Origin: Candidatus Marinacidobacterales bacterium
Lineage (GTDB): Bacteria; Acidobacteriota; Vicinamibacteria; Marinacidobacterales; DATDRI01
Assembly: GCA_965219415.1 (NCBI GenBank)
Contig: CBDCNP010000002.1
Coordinates: forward strand, 1,600,001-1,664,000
Direction of reading: 5' to 3'
DNA: 64,000 nucleotides
The translations under genes and the position numbers were made by a program. Below, piece after piece: positions 50,485 through 59,918 of this stretch. The notes below the pieces were generated by a model. That model saw only the letters and a list, made by a program, of their open reading frames with translations, did no database searches and had not been told where the DNA came from. The first letter of the stretch is position 1; the number at the start of each line of letters is the position of its first letter.

Positions 50485-51003
50485 CCTCAGCAGCCGCGAA
50501 GGCGCCGAAGCGGCTAGCGCCCAAGAGCCTTCAGCTTGCGCGCAGTCGCTTGCGGCGAAGCGCAGCGCCTGGGGGTGGGGCCTCAGGCGATTCGGCGATG
50601 TTGAGTGAGGCCGATTAAAGGAGGTCACATGGGAAAGCTGGAAACGATGAGTTGGGAAAAGGATGGGAAGGTGGCGCGCGTCACGCTGAATCGCCCCCAA
50701 CTCTTGAACGCCATGAACAACCAAGCGACGTTCGACCTCAATGCCTCAGCAGCCGCGAAGGCGCCGAAGCGGCTAGCGCCCAAGAGCCTTCAGCTTGCGC
50801 GCAGTCGCTTGCCGGCGAAGCGCAGCGCCTGGGGGTGGGGCCCCAGGCGATTCGGCGATGTTGAGTGAGGCCGATTAGAGGAGGTCACATGGGAAAGCTG
50901 GAAACGATGAGTTGGGAAAAGGATGGGAAGGTGGCGCGCGTCACGCTGAATCGCCCCCAACTCTTGAACGCCATGAACAACCAAGCGACGTTCGACCTCA
51001 ATG
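50485..51003 (+). repeat. Tandem 259/260-bp duplication (REP element, RBS and first 38 codons of the hydratase)
   Basis: 50485-50743 vs 50744-51003, three differences seen. Confidence 0.93.
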
Positions 51004-51656
51004 CGGTGGCCGATGAAATTTCCGCCGATCCGTCGATCCGAGTCGTCACCATCGTCGGCACCGGGCGGGCCTTTTGCACCGGAATCGATTTGAAAGAGCT
51101 TGCGGCTGGCAAGATCGACATTACCTACCATGACCACTGGGAGGGGGCACTTCGCAAATTCGAAACGATGGAGCCGATCGTCCTCTGCTTGATCCACGGC
51201 TACTGCCTGGGGGGCGGACTACAGTTGGCCATGGCCGCCGATATCCGCATCTCGACGCCTCTTGCGAAGATTGGCTTGCCGGCGATCCGAGAGTCACTGA
51301 TTCCCGGCCTGGGAACCTGGCGATTGCCCCGCTTCGTGGGGATGGGGCGCGCAAGATGGATGATTCTTTCCGGCGAGAACATCGGCGGCGAGGAGGCCGC
51401 CCGCATCGGGCTCGCCGATCACCTGGTGAGCCAAGACAATTATCGTAAGGAGTTCGAGGAGTATGTCGGCAAATACTTGGGGGTTTGCTCCAAGGGAAGC
51501 CGAATGGCCAAATTGGCCACCAACCGAGCGTTCGATTTGGATTTCAAGAACTTTTACGAGGAGTACATCAAGCTACAGGAGGTTGCGATGACCTCGGCAG
51601 ACTTCGATGAGGCCGCGGTGGCCTATCGAGAAAATCGCGATCCCGAGTGGGAATGA
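50889..51656 (+). CDS. Enoyl-CoA hydratase/isomerase
   Basis: LNRPQLLNAM, AFCTGIDL, GYCLGGG; GGAGG RBS. Confidence 0.92.
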   Translation: MGKLETMSWEKDGKVARVTLNRPQLLNAMNNQATFDLNAVADEISADPSIRVVTIVGTGRAFCTGIDLKELAAGKIDITYHDHWEGALRKFETMEPIVLCLIHGYCLGGGLQLAMAADIRISTPLAKIGLPAIRESLIPGLGTWRLPRFVGMGRARWMILSGENIGGEEAARIGLADHLVSQDNYRKEFEEYVGKYLGVCSKGSRMAKLATNRAFDLDFKNFYEEYIKLQEVAMTSADFDEAAVAYRENRDPEWE

Positions 51657-51659
51657 CGA

Positions 51660-52679
51660 CTACTTCTGGGTCCGCCGCCGATAGGCCTCGGTCTCGTAGA
51701 CTTCCGGATTAATGCAATTGGGAGCCTTCTCCCGCTTGAGATGGGCCACTGCGTTTTCTGCGCACATCGTCGCCATCCGATTTCGAGTATCGCGGCTGGC
51801 GCTCGCGATGTGAGGTACGACGACGACGTTGTCGAGCTCGGCCAAGCCGTGGGCCATCTCCGGCTCGCCCTCGAAGACATCCAACCCCGCCCCCGCAATC
51901 TTCCTCTCACGGAGCGCTTCCACCAAAGCTTTTTCATCGATGATCGGACCGCGCGCAGTATTGACGAGATAAGCGGTGGCTTTCATCTTCTCGAAAGTTT
52001 CGGCATTGAAGAGGTGGCGGGTGCTGTCGTCTAGAATCGTGTGAATGGTTACAAAGTCGCTTTCTTCAAGGAGGCGATCCATCTCGGCGTACTCCACACC
52101 ATCCGTCTTCGCAATGAGGTCCTTGAGTGGCGGGTCGTAGGCGAGCACGCGCATCTCGAACCCCCGCGAACGGCGGTAGACGGCCTGGCCGATGCGGCCG
52201 AAGCCTACGATGCCCAGTGTCTGGGGGCGATCGTCGCCGCCCCGGCTGATGTCCGCACCCAGAAACAGGCTCGGACCCCATAGACGAAAACGGCCGCCAC
52301 GCATGTAGTTGTCGGCAGGAACGATGTTGCGCGCTACCGCCATCAGGAGGGTCCAAGCAAGGTCCGCCGTCGTGTCAGTGAGCACCCCCGGTGTGTTCGT
52401 GACCGGCAGCCCGAGCTCGGTCGCCACCGCCACGTCGATGTTGTTGAACCCCACCGCGTAATTGACCACGCCAAGTAGACCCGAGCCTGCCTCGAGGACT
52501 GGACGGTCGACGGCCTCGGTGAGCAGAGAGACGAGTACGTCAGCGGCCTTCACGCCCTCGATGACCTTCTCCCTAGAAACTACCCGGTTGGCGACGTCCT
52601 CGGCCACGTGAACATCGGCGGCGCTTTTCAAGATCTCGAGACCAGCATCAGGAATGGCGCGAGTCATGAAGATTCTCAT
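51660..52679 (-). CDS. D-2-hydroxyacid dehydrogenase (glyoxylate/glycerate reductase)
   Basis: NTPGVLTDTTAD, GFGRIG, NTARG, GLDVFE, PHIAS. Confidence 0.92.
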   Translation of the reverse strand: MRIFMTRAIPDAGLEILKSAADVHVAEDVANRVVSREKVIEGVKAADVLVSLLTEAVDRPVLEAGSGLLGVVNYAVGFNNIDVAVATELGLPVTNTPGVLTDTTADLAWTLLMAVARNIVPADNYMRGGRFRLWGPSLFLGADISRGGDDRPQTLGIVGFGRIGQAVYRRSRGFEMRVLAYDPPLKDLIAKTDGVEYAEMDRLLEESDFVTIHTILDDSTRHLFNAETFEKMKATAYLVNTARGPIIDEKALVEALRERKIAGAGLDVFEGEPEMAHGLAELDNVVVVPHIASASRDTRNRMATMCAENAVAHLKREKAPNCINPEVYETEAYRRRTQK

Positions 52680-53983
52680 ATCTCAACTCCAACCGCTTCT
52701 CGATCCTTGGTGAAAGAGACGAACCCATCTCGGTCCTTGCTCGCCTTGACGAGGCGATCGATACCCCGCCTCAGAGTCTCCACATCGCTCGCGATGCTAA
52801 ATCGCACGAAGTGCTGACCCTCACTCCCGATGGCTCCGAAGCTTCTTCGATCCACTATAGCTACGCCATGATGATAGATGAGGAATCGCATCAACAAGGT
52901 GGCGGGGCTGGTCATGGCACGTGCGGCGCCTGGCATTTTGCCATAGAACTCGTGGATACCCAGGTCACCACAGAGTCCATCTACTTTCGGAAAGAGGTAA
53001 AAGGCACCCAGCGGCTTGAGGCAGCTGACGCCTGGTACATCGTTGAGCGCTGGAACCATGTAGTCCCGCCGCTTCTTGAACTCACCAACCATGTGGGCGA
53101 CGACATCGTCCGTCTTAGGGTTTTCGAAAGCCTCCCGAGCCGCTTCCTGAACGAACGGCGGCACACAACTCACGATATTGATGTTGAGCTGCTTGAAGAG
53201 CCTCGCCTCCTCCACGGTTGGAAGAACGACGAATCCGATTCGCCAACCCGTCATAGCGAAACTCTTGGAATGACCGCTGGAGATCACCGTCCGCTCCTCC
53301 ATTCCCGGAACCGAGGCGATCGAGTAGTGTTCGAAACCGTCGTACGTGATCCGCTCGTAGATTTCGTCTGAGTAGACTCGAATGTCGGGCCGCGCCTTTT
53401 TCTTAATGATTTCTGCGACGCCCTCCAAAACCTCGCGGGAGAGCACTCCACCGGTTGGATTAGACGGAGAGCACAGAATAATCAGCTTGGTCTTCGGCGT
53501 AATGAGCGCATCGATCTCTTCGGGAGTGAAGGCAAAGTCGCTTTCCTGCCGGAGGTGCAGCGGCACTGGTTTTGCGCCCACGAACGTTGCCCATGACTCG
53601 TAGATCGGGAACCCCGGGCTCGGGTAGATCACTTCGTCGCCCGGGTCGACGTACGTCGTTACGGAGTAACCGATCCCAGGCTTGGCCCCCGGCAGACCGA
53701 CCACCCGCTCCGGGTCGATCGAGAGACCACGGGTCCGGGACACGTAATCGGCGACCGCCTTGCGGAACGGCGCGATCCCGGCCGGATCCACGTAGTGCGT
53801 ATTCCCCGCCAGAATGTTGTCGATGCCCACTTGATTGACGTGCGGCGGGCTGGCGAAATCTGGCTCCCCCAGCGTGAACCGAATCACGTCCATGCCACGC
53901 TTCTCGGCGCGAGCAATGTCCTCGCCCACTTTGAAGGCGTTCTCGGTCCCGAGCGCGGCCATCCGGTCTGCAATCACACCCAT
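52676..53983 (-). CDS. Aspartate aminotransferase-like, class I/II
   Basis: GEPDF, PSNPTG, SDEIY, SKSFAMTGWRIG. Confidence 0.92.
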   Translation of the reverse strand: MGVIADRMAALGTENAFKVGEDIARAEKRGMDVIRFTLGEPDFASPPHVNQVGIDNILAGNTHYVDPAGIAPFRKAVADYVSRTRGLSIDPERVVGLPGAKPGIGYSVTTYVDPGDEVIYPSPGFPIYESWATFVGAKPVPLHLRQESDFAFTPEEIDALITPKTKLIILCSPSNPTGGVLSREVLEGVAEIIKKKARPDIRVYSDEIYERITYDGFEHYSIASVPGMEERTVISSGHSKSFAMTGWRIGFVVLPTVEEARLFKQLNINIVSCVPPFVQEAAREAFENPKTDDVVAHMVGEFKKRRDYMVPALNDVPGVSCLKPLGAFYLFPKVDGLCGDLGIHEFYGKMPGAARAMTSPATLLMRFLIYHHGVAIVDRRSFGAIGSEGQHFVRFSIASDVETLRRGIDRLVKASKDRDGFVSFTKDREAVGVEI

Positions 53984-54209
53984 CCTGCGACCTCCTAAAT
54001 TGACTGTTCATCATATGTTTACGGAACTACCGGGGCAACAGGACTTATCATTTCCCAGGCGCGAAGTCGATTCGACGAGGTCGAGCGCGAGTGTTGGCTT
54101 AGGCTGGCGGCACTCAACCAGTGCAAGTACTTACTTTAGAGTGAGTTAATGGCTGTCTGGCCAGAGAACGTCTACGTCTTTTTTGTCTCGGCCCCTCCAA
54201 GGGGCTCAC

Positions 54210-54238
54210 TTGAAGGCCTCGTCCCTCAGAACTACAAT
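54210..54238 (+). promoter_or_regulatory. Promoter TTGAAG-N17-TACAAT, 6 nt before ATG (leaderless)
   Basis: Read directly; no SD. Confidence 0.65.
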
Positions 54239-54244
54239 AGAACC

Positions 54245-54901
54245 ATGAGGTGGCGCATACTGTTCGGTCTATCCCTCGCCCTCGCGGTTCCAGCATTCAT
54301 GGTCGCCCAGTCTCTCACCGAGCTGGCGAAAGAGGAAAAGGAAAGGCGCAAGAAGAACAAAGAGCAAGGAGAGCAAGTTCACGTAATCACAGAGAAGGAG
54401 CTGGTAGAGAACACCGGGACCATCGCCAACCCCGGCGCTCCGACAACTTCGGCTCCGGACAACACAGCAGGAGGAGCGCGGAAACCGGCCTCAAAAACCA
54501 GTGCTGACTCGACCAGTGGGGACGACGCCTCGGCTGACGATGACGTTCCTGAAAACCTCGCCGCGGACGCGGCGATCGAAGACAAGTTAAAGACTTTTGA
54601 AGCGATGAAGGCCGGCTATCAAACAAAGGTCAAGAAGATCGACGAAGAAATACAGAAAAACAACGAACGGCTGACGGCAATTCAAGAGGAGCTCGTCTCG
54701 ACCGGCGGCACGGGATTGCCCACCGCACCGCAAGCGGACATGACACCGCGCAATCCGGCCAGCATCCCTGCTTTGAGAAGCGAACAGCAGCAACTGCGGG
54801 ATAAGAATCAGGCGCTAGAAGCTCAGAAGAAGACCCTCAAGGACGACTTGATTCAAAAAGGTAGGCGCGCAGGGATCCCGAACCGTTATCTACAGCTCTG
54901 A
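54245..54901 (+). CDS. Secreted coiled-coil hypothetical protein
   Basis: Signal peptide, QSLTELAKEEKERR...VITEKEL, C-terminal GRRAGIP. Confidence 0.75.
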   Translation: MRWRILFGLSLALAVPAFMVAQSLTELAKEEKERRKKNKEQGEQVHVITEKELVENTGTIANPGAPTTSAPDNTAGGARKPASKTSADSTSGDDASADDDVPENLAADAAIEDKLKTFEAMKAGYQTKVKKIDEEIQKNNERLTAIQEELVSTGGTGLPTAPQADMTPRNPASIPALRSEQQQLRDKNQALEAQKKTLKDDLIQKGRRAGIPNRYLQL

Positions 54902-54905
54902 TCCC

Positions 54906-55409
54906 TTAATCGATTCCGATGCGGCTCTCCTGACCGCTCCCTTCTTCAACTAAAAAGACCTCTTCATCTTCCAGCACGATCCGCTGTACTCGATAGGGTC
55001 CGACGAGCTCACCCTCCCCGACCAACCAAACTCTTCCCTCGAATCGGATAGCGGCCGAAACCCGCGAAGTCTCGTTGTCCTCGTCACGTAATACGAAGCC
55101 GGCTAGTTGAGGCGCCGCGTGAGGAGGCACGAACGCGGTCACCGCCGGCTCGACGACAGAGGGCTGGGACCTCGGAGGGGGCTCGACGACCTCCCGGAAG
55201 ATGTCCCGTTCGGGCGGCTCCTGTTGGCCCGCGCTTTCCTCCCGAAGCCAGTTCCCGAGTCGCGCCAGACTCTCGGGTGAGAGCCCTTCCGGAAGAGACG
55301 AGGTTGCACGCTCGTCAAGAGGAGTCTTCTGAACAGCAGGGGGACCGAGCGACAACCAAAATAGGGCACCCGCACCAAGAAACAAGACCCCTGCTGCCAA
55401 CCACCTCAT
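54906..55409 (-). CDS. PilP/GspC-like protein
   Basis: TM, RDIF, Pro-rich linker, LAG...VGEGELVG..YRV; last gene of an MNOP-like run. Confidence 0.55.
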   Translation of the reverse strand: MRWLAAGVLFLGAGALFWLSLGPPAVQKTPLDERATSSLPEGLSPESLARLGNWLREESAGQQEPPERDIFREVVEPPPRSQPSVVEPAVTAFVPPHAAPQLAGFVLRDEDNETSRVSAAIRFEGRVWLVGEGELVGPYRVQRIVLEDEEVFLVEEGSGQESRIGID

Positions 55410-55442
55410 GGCCCACCCTCTTCTAATCGCACGGGATGCTCG

Positions 55443-55949
55443 TTACGATTCCGGCCAAAGCGTCGACCACGTCGCAATGAGACGTAAAGCCGAAGCAGGA
55501 TCTTCGGTCAGTTGCATTTTCGACAGCCTCAGTGGAACGCCCAGTCGTGACAGGCGAAACAGGTACTGGTATATGTTTGCGAAATCGCCCCTCGTTTCCA
55601 TATCGATTCGGTATCCCCGAAAACCGACCGGAACCTCGCTGTCGAGGCGTATGTCCATTGATCCCCGCCGGATAGTAAGTCCTCGCTCCGCATCGAGAAG
55701 AGCACCCTGGAGAACCGAGAGTTGGACCTTGCTCTGAGTCGGAGTGGGCTCCAACCGCGACGCGGTGAGGCGAACCAACTCTTGGAGCTCCTTCCATTGC
55801 TCCACTTCTATCAAGCGACGGGTATGGGATTCCTCGAGATCTTCCGCCTGCCGTTGGAGCTCGCCGAGCTCGCGCTTCGCAGGAGTAGTGAATAGCGCAA
55901 AGGCCAACCCGTTCATGCCCAACAATGTCAGCAGTAAGGCGGACTTCAT
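55443..55949 (-). CDS. PilO/GspM-like protein
   Basis: TM, coiled coil, GDFANIYQYLFRL. Confidence 0.6.
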   Translation of the reverse strand: MKSALLLTLLGMNGLAFALFTTPAKRELGELQRQAEDLEESHTRRLIEVEQWKELQELVRLTASRLEPTPTQSKVQLSVLQGALLDAERGLTIRRGSMDIRLDSEVPVGFRGYRIDMETRGDFANIYQYLFRLSRLGVPLRLSKMQLTEDPASALRLIATWSTLWPES

Positions 55950-56512
55950 CTCGCCCCCCCGGTCGGACCGAGCTCCGCCACGATCCGATAGAAGAACTCC
56001 CCCCCTGGTCGAGGGGTCTCTTCGAGCACCTCCGCTCGCCGCACTAATGGCGATTCGGTAAGTCCACTCAGGAAGGACACGACTGCATGCGGGTTGGCGG
56101 TCGCGGCGTCCAACTCCAGCTCTCCTTGGGAAGCGGTAGCACTGAGGCGAACCGATATTACGCGTGCCTCTTCCGGCAAGACCTTTGAGATTTCGTAAAG
56201 TACCGCGGCGGGTGCAATGGTCACCGGTAGGCCCGCACGATCCAGTGCAACGAGCTGTCCGATGGTCTCAGCGGCAGCCGGCGCGTCGAGGTAGGTGCGC
56301 ACCGTCTCGAGCTGTCGCTCCGATCGTTCGAGGCCATCCTGGCCCATTTGGATTCGATGCGTAAATTCTTCCTTGGCGCTTCGAAGCCGCAACATCATTG
56401 CCACGTGCAAACCGGAAACGAGAAGAACCCCGAAGAGAACGAACCACCAAAGCTTCGGCGGAATCTCGCCTAAGAACGACCGACTCGAACTGAGGTTGAT
56501 GCCGTTTTTCAC
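55946..56512 (-). CDS. PilN-like protein
   Basis: INL, TM, coiled coil, ISKVLPEE, FLSGLTESP. Confidence 0.65.
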   Translation of the reverse strand: MKNGINLSSSRSFLGEIPPKLWWFVLFGVLLVSGLHVAMMLRLRSAKEEFTHRIQMGQDGLERSERQLETVRTYLDAPAAAETIGQLVALDRAGLPVTIAPAAVLYEISKVLPEEARVISVRLSATASQGELELDAATANPHAVVSFLSGLTESPLVRRAEVLEETPRPGGEFFYRIVAELGPTGGAR

Positions 56513-57411
56513 GTTTTGTTCACTCTGCGAACCAGCGTTGCCATGAGTGAAGAAAGGTGGGCCTGGTGTCCATCCTCGCCAAGTCTCACCCGCCCCTTCA
56601 TCAGTTTGTGTTCACCGAGCTGTTCGAAAAGAGTGGCGGCACCGACGCCGTGAATCGTCAACCGTTCGTACTCTGCGCCTCCGGACATTGCTGGTAGTCG
56701 GGTCAGTTCATCCATGATTCGGTTGCTTTCCGCCCCGCCGACTAGCTTCACGCGGATGTCGATCAACTCTCCCCCACGGAAAACCGAAAGGGAGTAGTGG
56801 CCGGGATAGAGTTGAACGTGTACTTGCATGCGTGCCGAGGATTCTTCTCCTCCCCGGCCGTTTTCCCGCTCGCCACCCACCTCCTGGGACCAATCCGGAA
56901 TTCTAATGAGACTCGCACCGTCGACCCAGGAGACGCGGCAGCCGACCGCCTCGACCGCTCCCTCGTATTGGCGGAGTACCGCTCCCCGGACGGCGGCGAA
57001 GAGCACCCACCTGGACCCACCGCGCCAGGTGTCGAAGACGGCCTCGTGGCTCGCGTACGGTAACCGCGAGGCGACATTCGCCAGCATCTGGACCGGCTTG
57101 GTGCGCTTCGCAACGGGTAGAGCGAAGGCACGGACCGCCAAATCCGAGAGGATGAGGGACAACCCCGCCCCCTGACATTCCACCTCGCCCAAGGCCTCGC
57201 CGGTAATACGGGCCAAGCCGGACACGGATTGGACGTTCGGTTCGGCGGGGGACGTGGAAACCAGATCGGCAGGAAACGGGCGCTCTGCTGTATCGACCAC
57301 CACCCAATCGCGCCCCCACGATGCCAGTCGGGCGGCGAAAACAGATCGCTCTCCGAACGCAAGAGCGTATCGCGTCCGCCTGCCTTTGAGACCAGAGACC
57401 CCGTTAACCAT
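56509..57411 (-). CDS. PilM/GspL-like cytoplasmic protein
   Basis: PilM-like features (LILSD..VR, RLPY, LRQYE..VEAVG); first gene of the run. Start uncertain. Confidence 0.55.
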   Translation of the reverse strand: MVNGVSGLKGRRTRYALAFGERSVFAARLASWGRDWVVVDTAERPFPADLVSTSPAEPNVQSVSGLARITGEALGEVECQGAGLSLILSDLAVRAFALPVAKRTKPVQMLANVASRLPYASHEAVFDTWRGGSRWVLFAAVRGAVLRQYEGAVEAVGCRVSWVDGASLIRIPDWSQEVGGERENGRGGEESSARMQVHVQLYPGHYSLSVFRGGELIDIRVKLVGGAESNRIMDELTRLPAMSGGAEYERLTIHGVGAATLFEQLGEHKLMKGRVRLGEDGHQAHLSSLMATLVRRVNKT

Positions 57412-57507
57412 CTCGTCCGGTTGATTATAACCCACTCAAATCTGGTCTCGCGGCGGCGCAGCTAACACCTTCTCGCCGCTGCGCTTGTCCCGGGACGCGC
57501 GACGGCG

Positions 57508-57537
57508 TTGCACGAAAAAACACGCCGGTGATATAAT
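57508..57537 (+). promoter_or_regulatory. Strong promoter TTGCAC-N18-TATAAT with extended TG
   Basis: Read directly. Confidence 0.75.
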
Positions 57538-57541
57538 CGCC

Positions 57542-57659
57542 GCCCGTCCAGGGGTCCCTCGAGACCGACGGCCTCGTGGAATCTCCGGCCGCGACCCGAA
57601 CCATTCGGGTCCAAGGAGCTCAAGGTTGATCCGCAGCCTGGTATGACGGGCCGGTTTTT
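57542..57659 (+). ncRNA. Structured RNA (short 6S-like RNA or cis-regulatory leader)
   Basis: Closing stem GCCCGTC/GACGGGC and CCAGG/CCTGG, internal hairpins, T5 tail; starts at the predicted TSS. Confidence 0.5.
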
Positions 57660-57685
57660 CCGAGATATTGTAAAACGGAGGGGCG

Positions 57686-59776
57686 ATGAAGACCTACGAA
57701 ACCGCCAACATCAGGAATATTGCTATCGTCGGCCATGGAGGCTCGGGAAAAACCTCCCTAACCTCTGCCATGCTCTTCGATTCCGGTACGGTCAACCGTA
57801 TGGGAAAAGTCGAGGAGGGTAACACCGTTACCGACTTCGACCCCGACGAGATCGAACGCCAGATCAGCCTCTCCACCGGCCTGGCACACTGCGAGTGGCA
57901 CAAGGCCAAAATCAATATCTTGGACACGCCGGGTTATGGCAACTTCATCAATGAGGCGCGTGCCGCATTGCACGTCGCGGATACCGCCGTGGTCACCGTC
58001 TGCGCGGTGGCCGGGGTTGAGGTCCAAACCGAGAAGGTTTGGCAGTTTGCCGAAGAGTTCGGTCTGCCCCGCGTTCTGGTAATCAATCGGCTGGACCGAG
58101 AACGAGCAAGCTTCGAAAGAAGTCTCGGCTCGATACAACAATCTTTTGGGCGTACTGCGGTTCCGATACAACTACCAATGGGCGAAGAGAAGGACTTTCG
58201 CGGCGTCATCGATCTCCTTCGGATGAAGGCTCTCGTCTCGAGCGGAGACGAGAAAGGCTCATACGAAGAGCAGGATATTCCCGAGGACATGAAAGGCACG
58301 GCGAACGACGCCCGCAACGCGCTGACCGAGATGATTGCGGAAGGTGACGATGCGCTCATGGAAAAATTCTTCGAGGCGGGCGAGTTGACTCAAGACGAGT
58401 TCACGAACGGGTTAAAAGCCGGCCTTCTGGCGGGCCGGATCTTCCCGGTGCTAGCGGTGTCGGCGACTCACAACATTGGCGTCCAAACGCTGTTGGATCA
58501 CGTGACGGACCTCGCGCCGTCCCCGGAGGCTCGCGGAGAAGTGAAAGGAAAAGATCCCTCGAATGGAGACGAGATTACCCGCAATCCCTCAGCCGATGAT
58601 CCAACTTCGGTCTTCGTCTTCAAGACCATTGCCGACCCTTACGCGGGACGCATCACCTTGTTTCGCGTTATGAGCGGCGTCTTCAAACCGGACACCGCCT
58701 ACTCGAACGCCGGCAGGGAGTTGACGGAGCGGGTCGGTGCCTTGTCGCTGCTTCAAGGCAAGAACCCGGAGTCGATCTCCGAGATCACCGCCGGGGATCT
58801 CGGCGCCGTCATGAAACTGAAAGAAACGCGCACCGGGGATACGCTGAGCGATAAAGCGCACCCCATCGTGTACGACCCGATTTCTACACCTGAACCGGTC
58901 ATCAGTTTCGCCATCGAGCCCAAGTCGCGAGGTGACGAGGAGAAGATCAGTCAAGCCCTGCAGCGGTTGGTAGAGGAAGATCCGATTCTCCAATACCACC
59001 GCGATGCCAACACCAGCGAGTTGATCCTCTCCGGCACCGGCCAGCTCCACATCGAGGTCGTGGTCGCACGGTTGAAGAAAAAGTTCGGTGTAGAAGTGGA
59101 CGTACACCCACCGAAGGTACCGTACCGAGAGACGATCACCGCCAGCGCCGAGGCCCACGGCCGACACAAGAAGCAAACCGGCGGACATGGGCAGTTCGCC
59201 GACTGCTGGGTCCGCTTCGAGCCCCTGGACGGTGGCGCTGAGTTCGAGTTCGCGAACGAAATCTTCGGTGGATCAATCCCCAAGCAGTACATCCCGGCCG
59301 TAGAAAAGGGGATCCAAGAAGCGCGGATGAGGGGGTACGTGGCGGGATTCCCGATGGTCAACTTCAAGGCCACCGTCTACGACGGCAAGTACCACGCCGT
59401 CGATTCTTCGGAGCTCGCCTTCAAGATCGCCGGTTCACTGGCCTTCAAAGAGGCCATGCCCACGTGCCGCCCGACTTTGCTGGAGCCGATCATGAACGTC
59501 GCCATCTCCGTGCCCGACGACACTACCGGAGACGTGCTGGGCGACCTGAACTCGCGCCGCGGTCGTACACAGGGAATGGACAAGAAAGGCTCGCAGACCA
59601 TGATCAAGGCCCAGGTGCCGATGGCGGAGATGCTCTCCTATGAACCAACCCTGACTTCTATGACGGGGGGCCGAGGGGACTTCCACATGGAGTTCGCCCG
59701 CTACGACGAAGTGCCGACGCACTTACGCCAGAAGCTGATCGAGTCGTTGAAATCAGAAAAAGAGGAGGCGAAGTAA
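57686..59776 (+). CDS. fusA: Elongation factor G paralog (EF-G2-like), outside the str operon
   Basis: GHGGSGKT, DTPG, divergent RQISL and NRLD, KKQTGGHGQF, VDSSE. Confidence 0.88.
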   Translation: MKTYETANIRNIAIVGHGGSGKTSLTSAMLFDSGTVNRMGKVEEGNTVTDFDPDEIERQISLSTGLAHCEWHKAKINILDTPGYGNFINEARAALHVADTAVVTVCAVAGVEVQTEKVWQFAEEFGLPRVLVINRLDRERASFERSLGSIQQSFGRTAVPIQLPMGEEKDFRGVIDLLRMKALVSSGDEKGSYEEQDIPEDMKGTANDARNALTEMIAEGDDALMEKFFEAGELTQDEFTNGLKAGLLAGRIFPVLAVSATHNIGVQTLLDHVTDLAPSPEARGEVKGKDPSNGDEITRNPSADDPTSVFVFKTIADPYAGRITLFRVMSGVFKPDTAYSNAGRELTERVGALSLLQGKNPESISEITAGDLGAVMKLKETRTGDTLSDKAHPIVYDPISTPEPVISFAIEPKSRGDEEKISQALQRLVEEDPILQYHRDANTSELILSGTGQLHIEVVVARLKKKFGVEVDVHPPKVPYRETITASAEAHGRHKKQTGGHGQFADCWVRFEPLDGGAEFEFANEIFGGSIPKQYIPAVEKGIQEARMRGYVAGFPMVNFKATVYDGKYHAVDSSELAFKIAGSLAFKEAMPTCRPTLLEPIMNVAISVPDDTTGDVLGDLNSRRGRTQGMDKKGSQTMIKAQVPMAEMLSYEPTLTSMTGGRGDFHMEFARYDEVPTHLRQKLIESLKSEKEEAK

Positions 59777-59784
59777 CGGCAGGA

Positions 59785-59905
59785 TTTGGGGGTGTCCGCC
59801 TTCGCTCGCCTGGGGGTTCAGCTCAGCGAGCTTCGGCGAGACCGCGCCGTAGCCGCCCAGATTCTCACGCGGCGGCGTAGGCGGGGGGCCCCAGGCGACT
59901 AAGTA
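59785..59905. repeat. Composite REP-like element between convergent fusA and rplQ
   Basis: TCCGCCTTCGCTC...CTTCGGCGAGAC...GGGGCCCCAGGCGA. Confidence 0.7.
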
Positions 59906-59918
59906 ATTTCGAGGCTAG

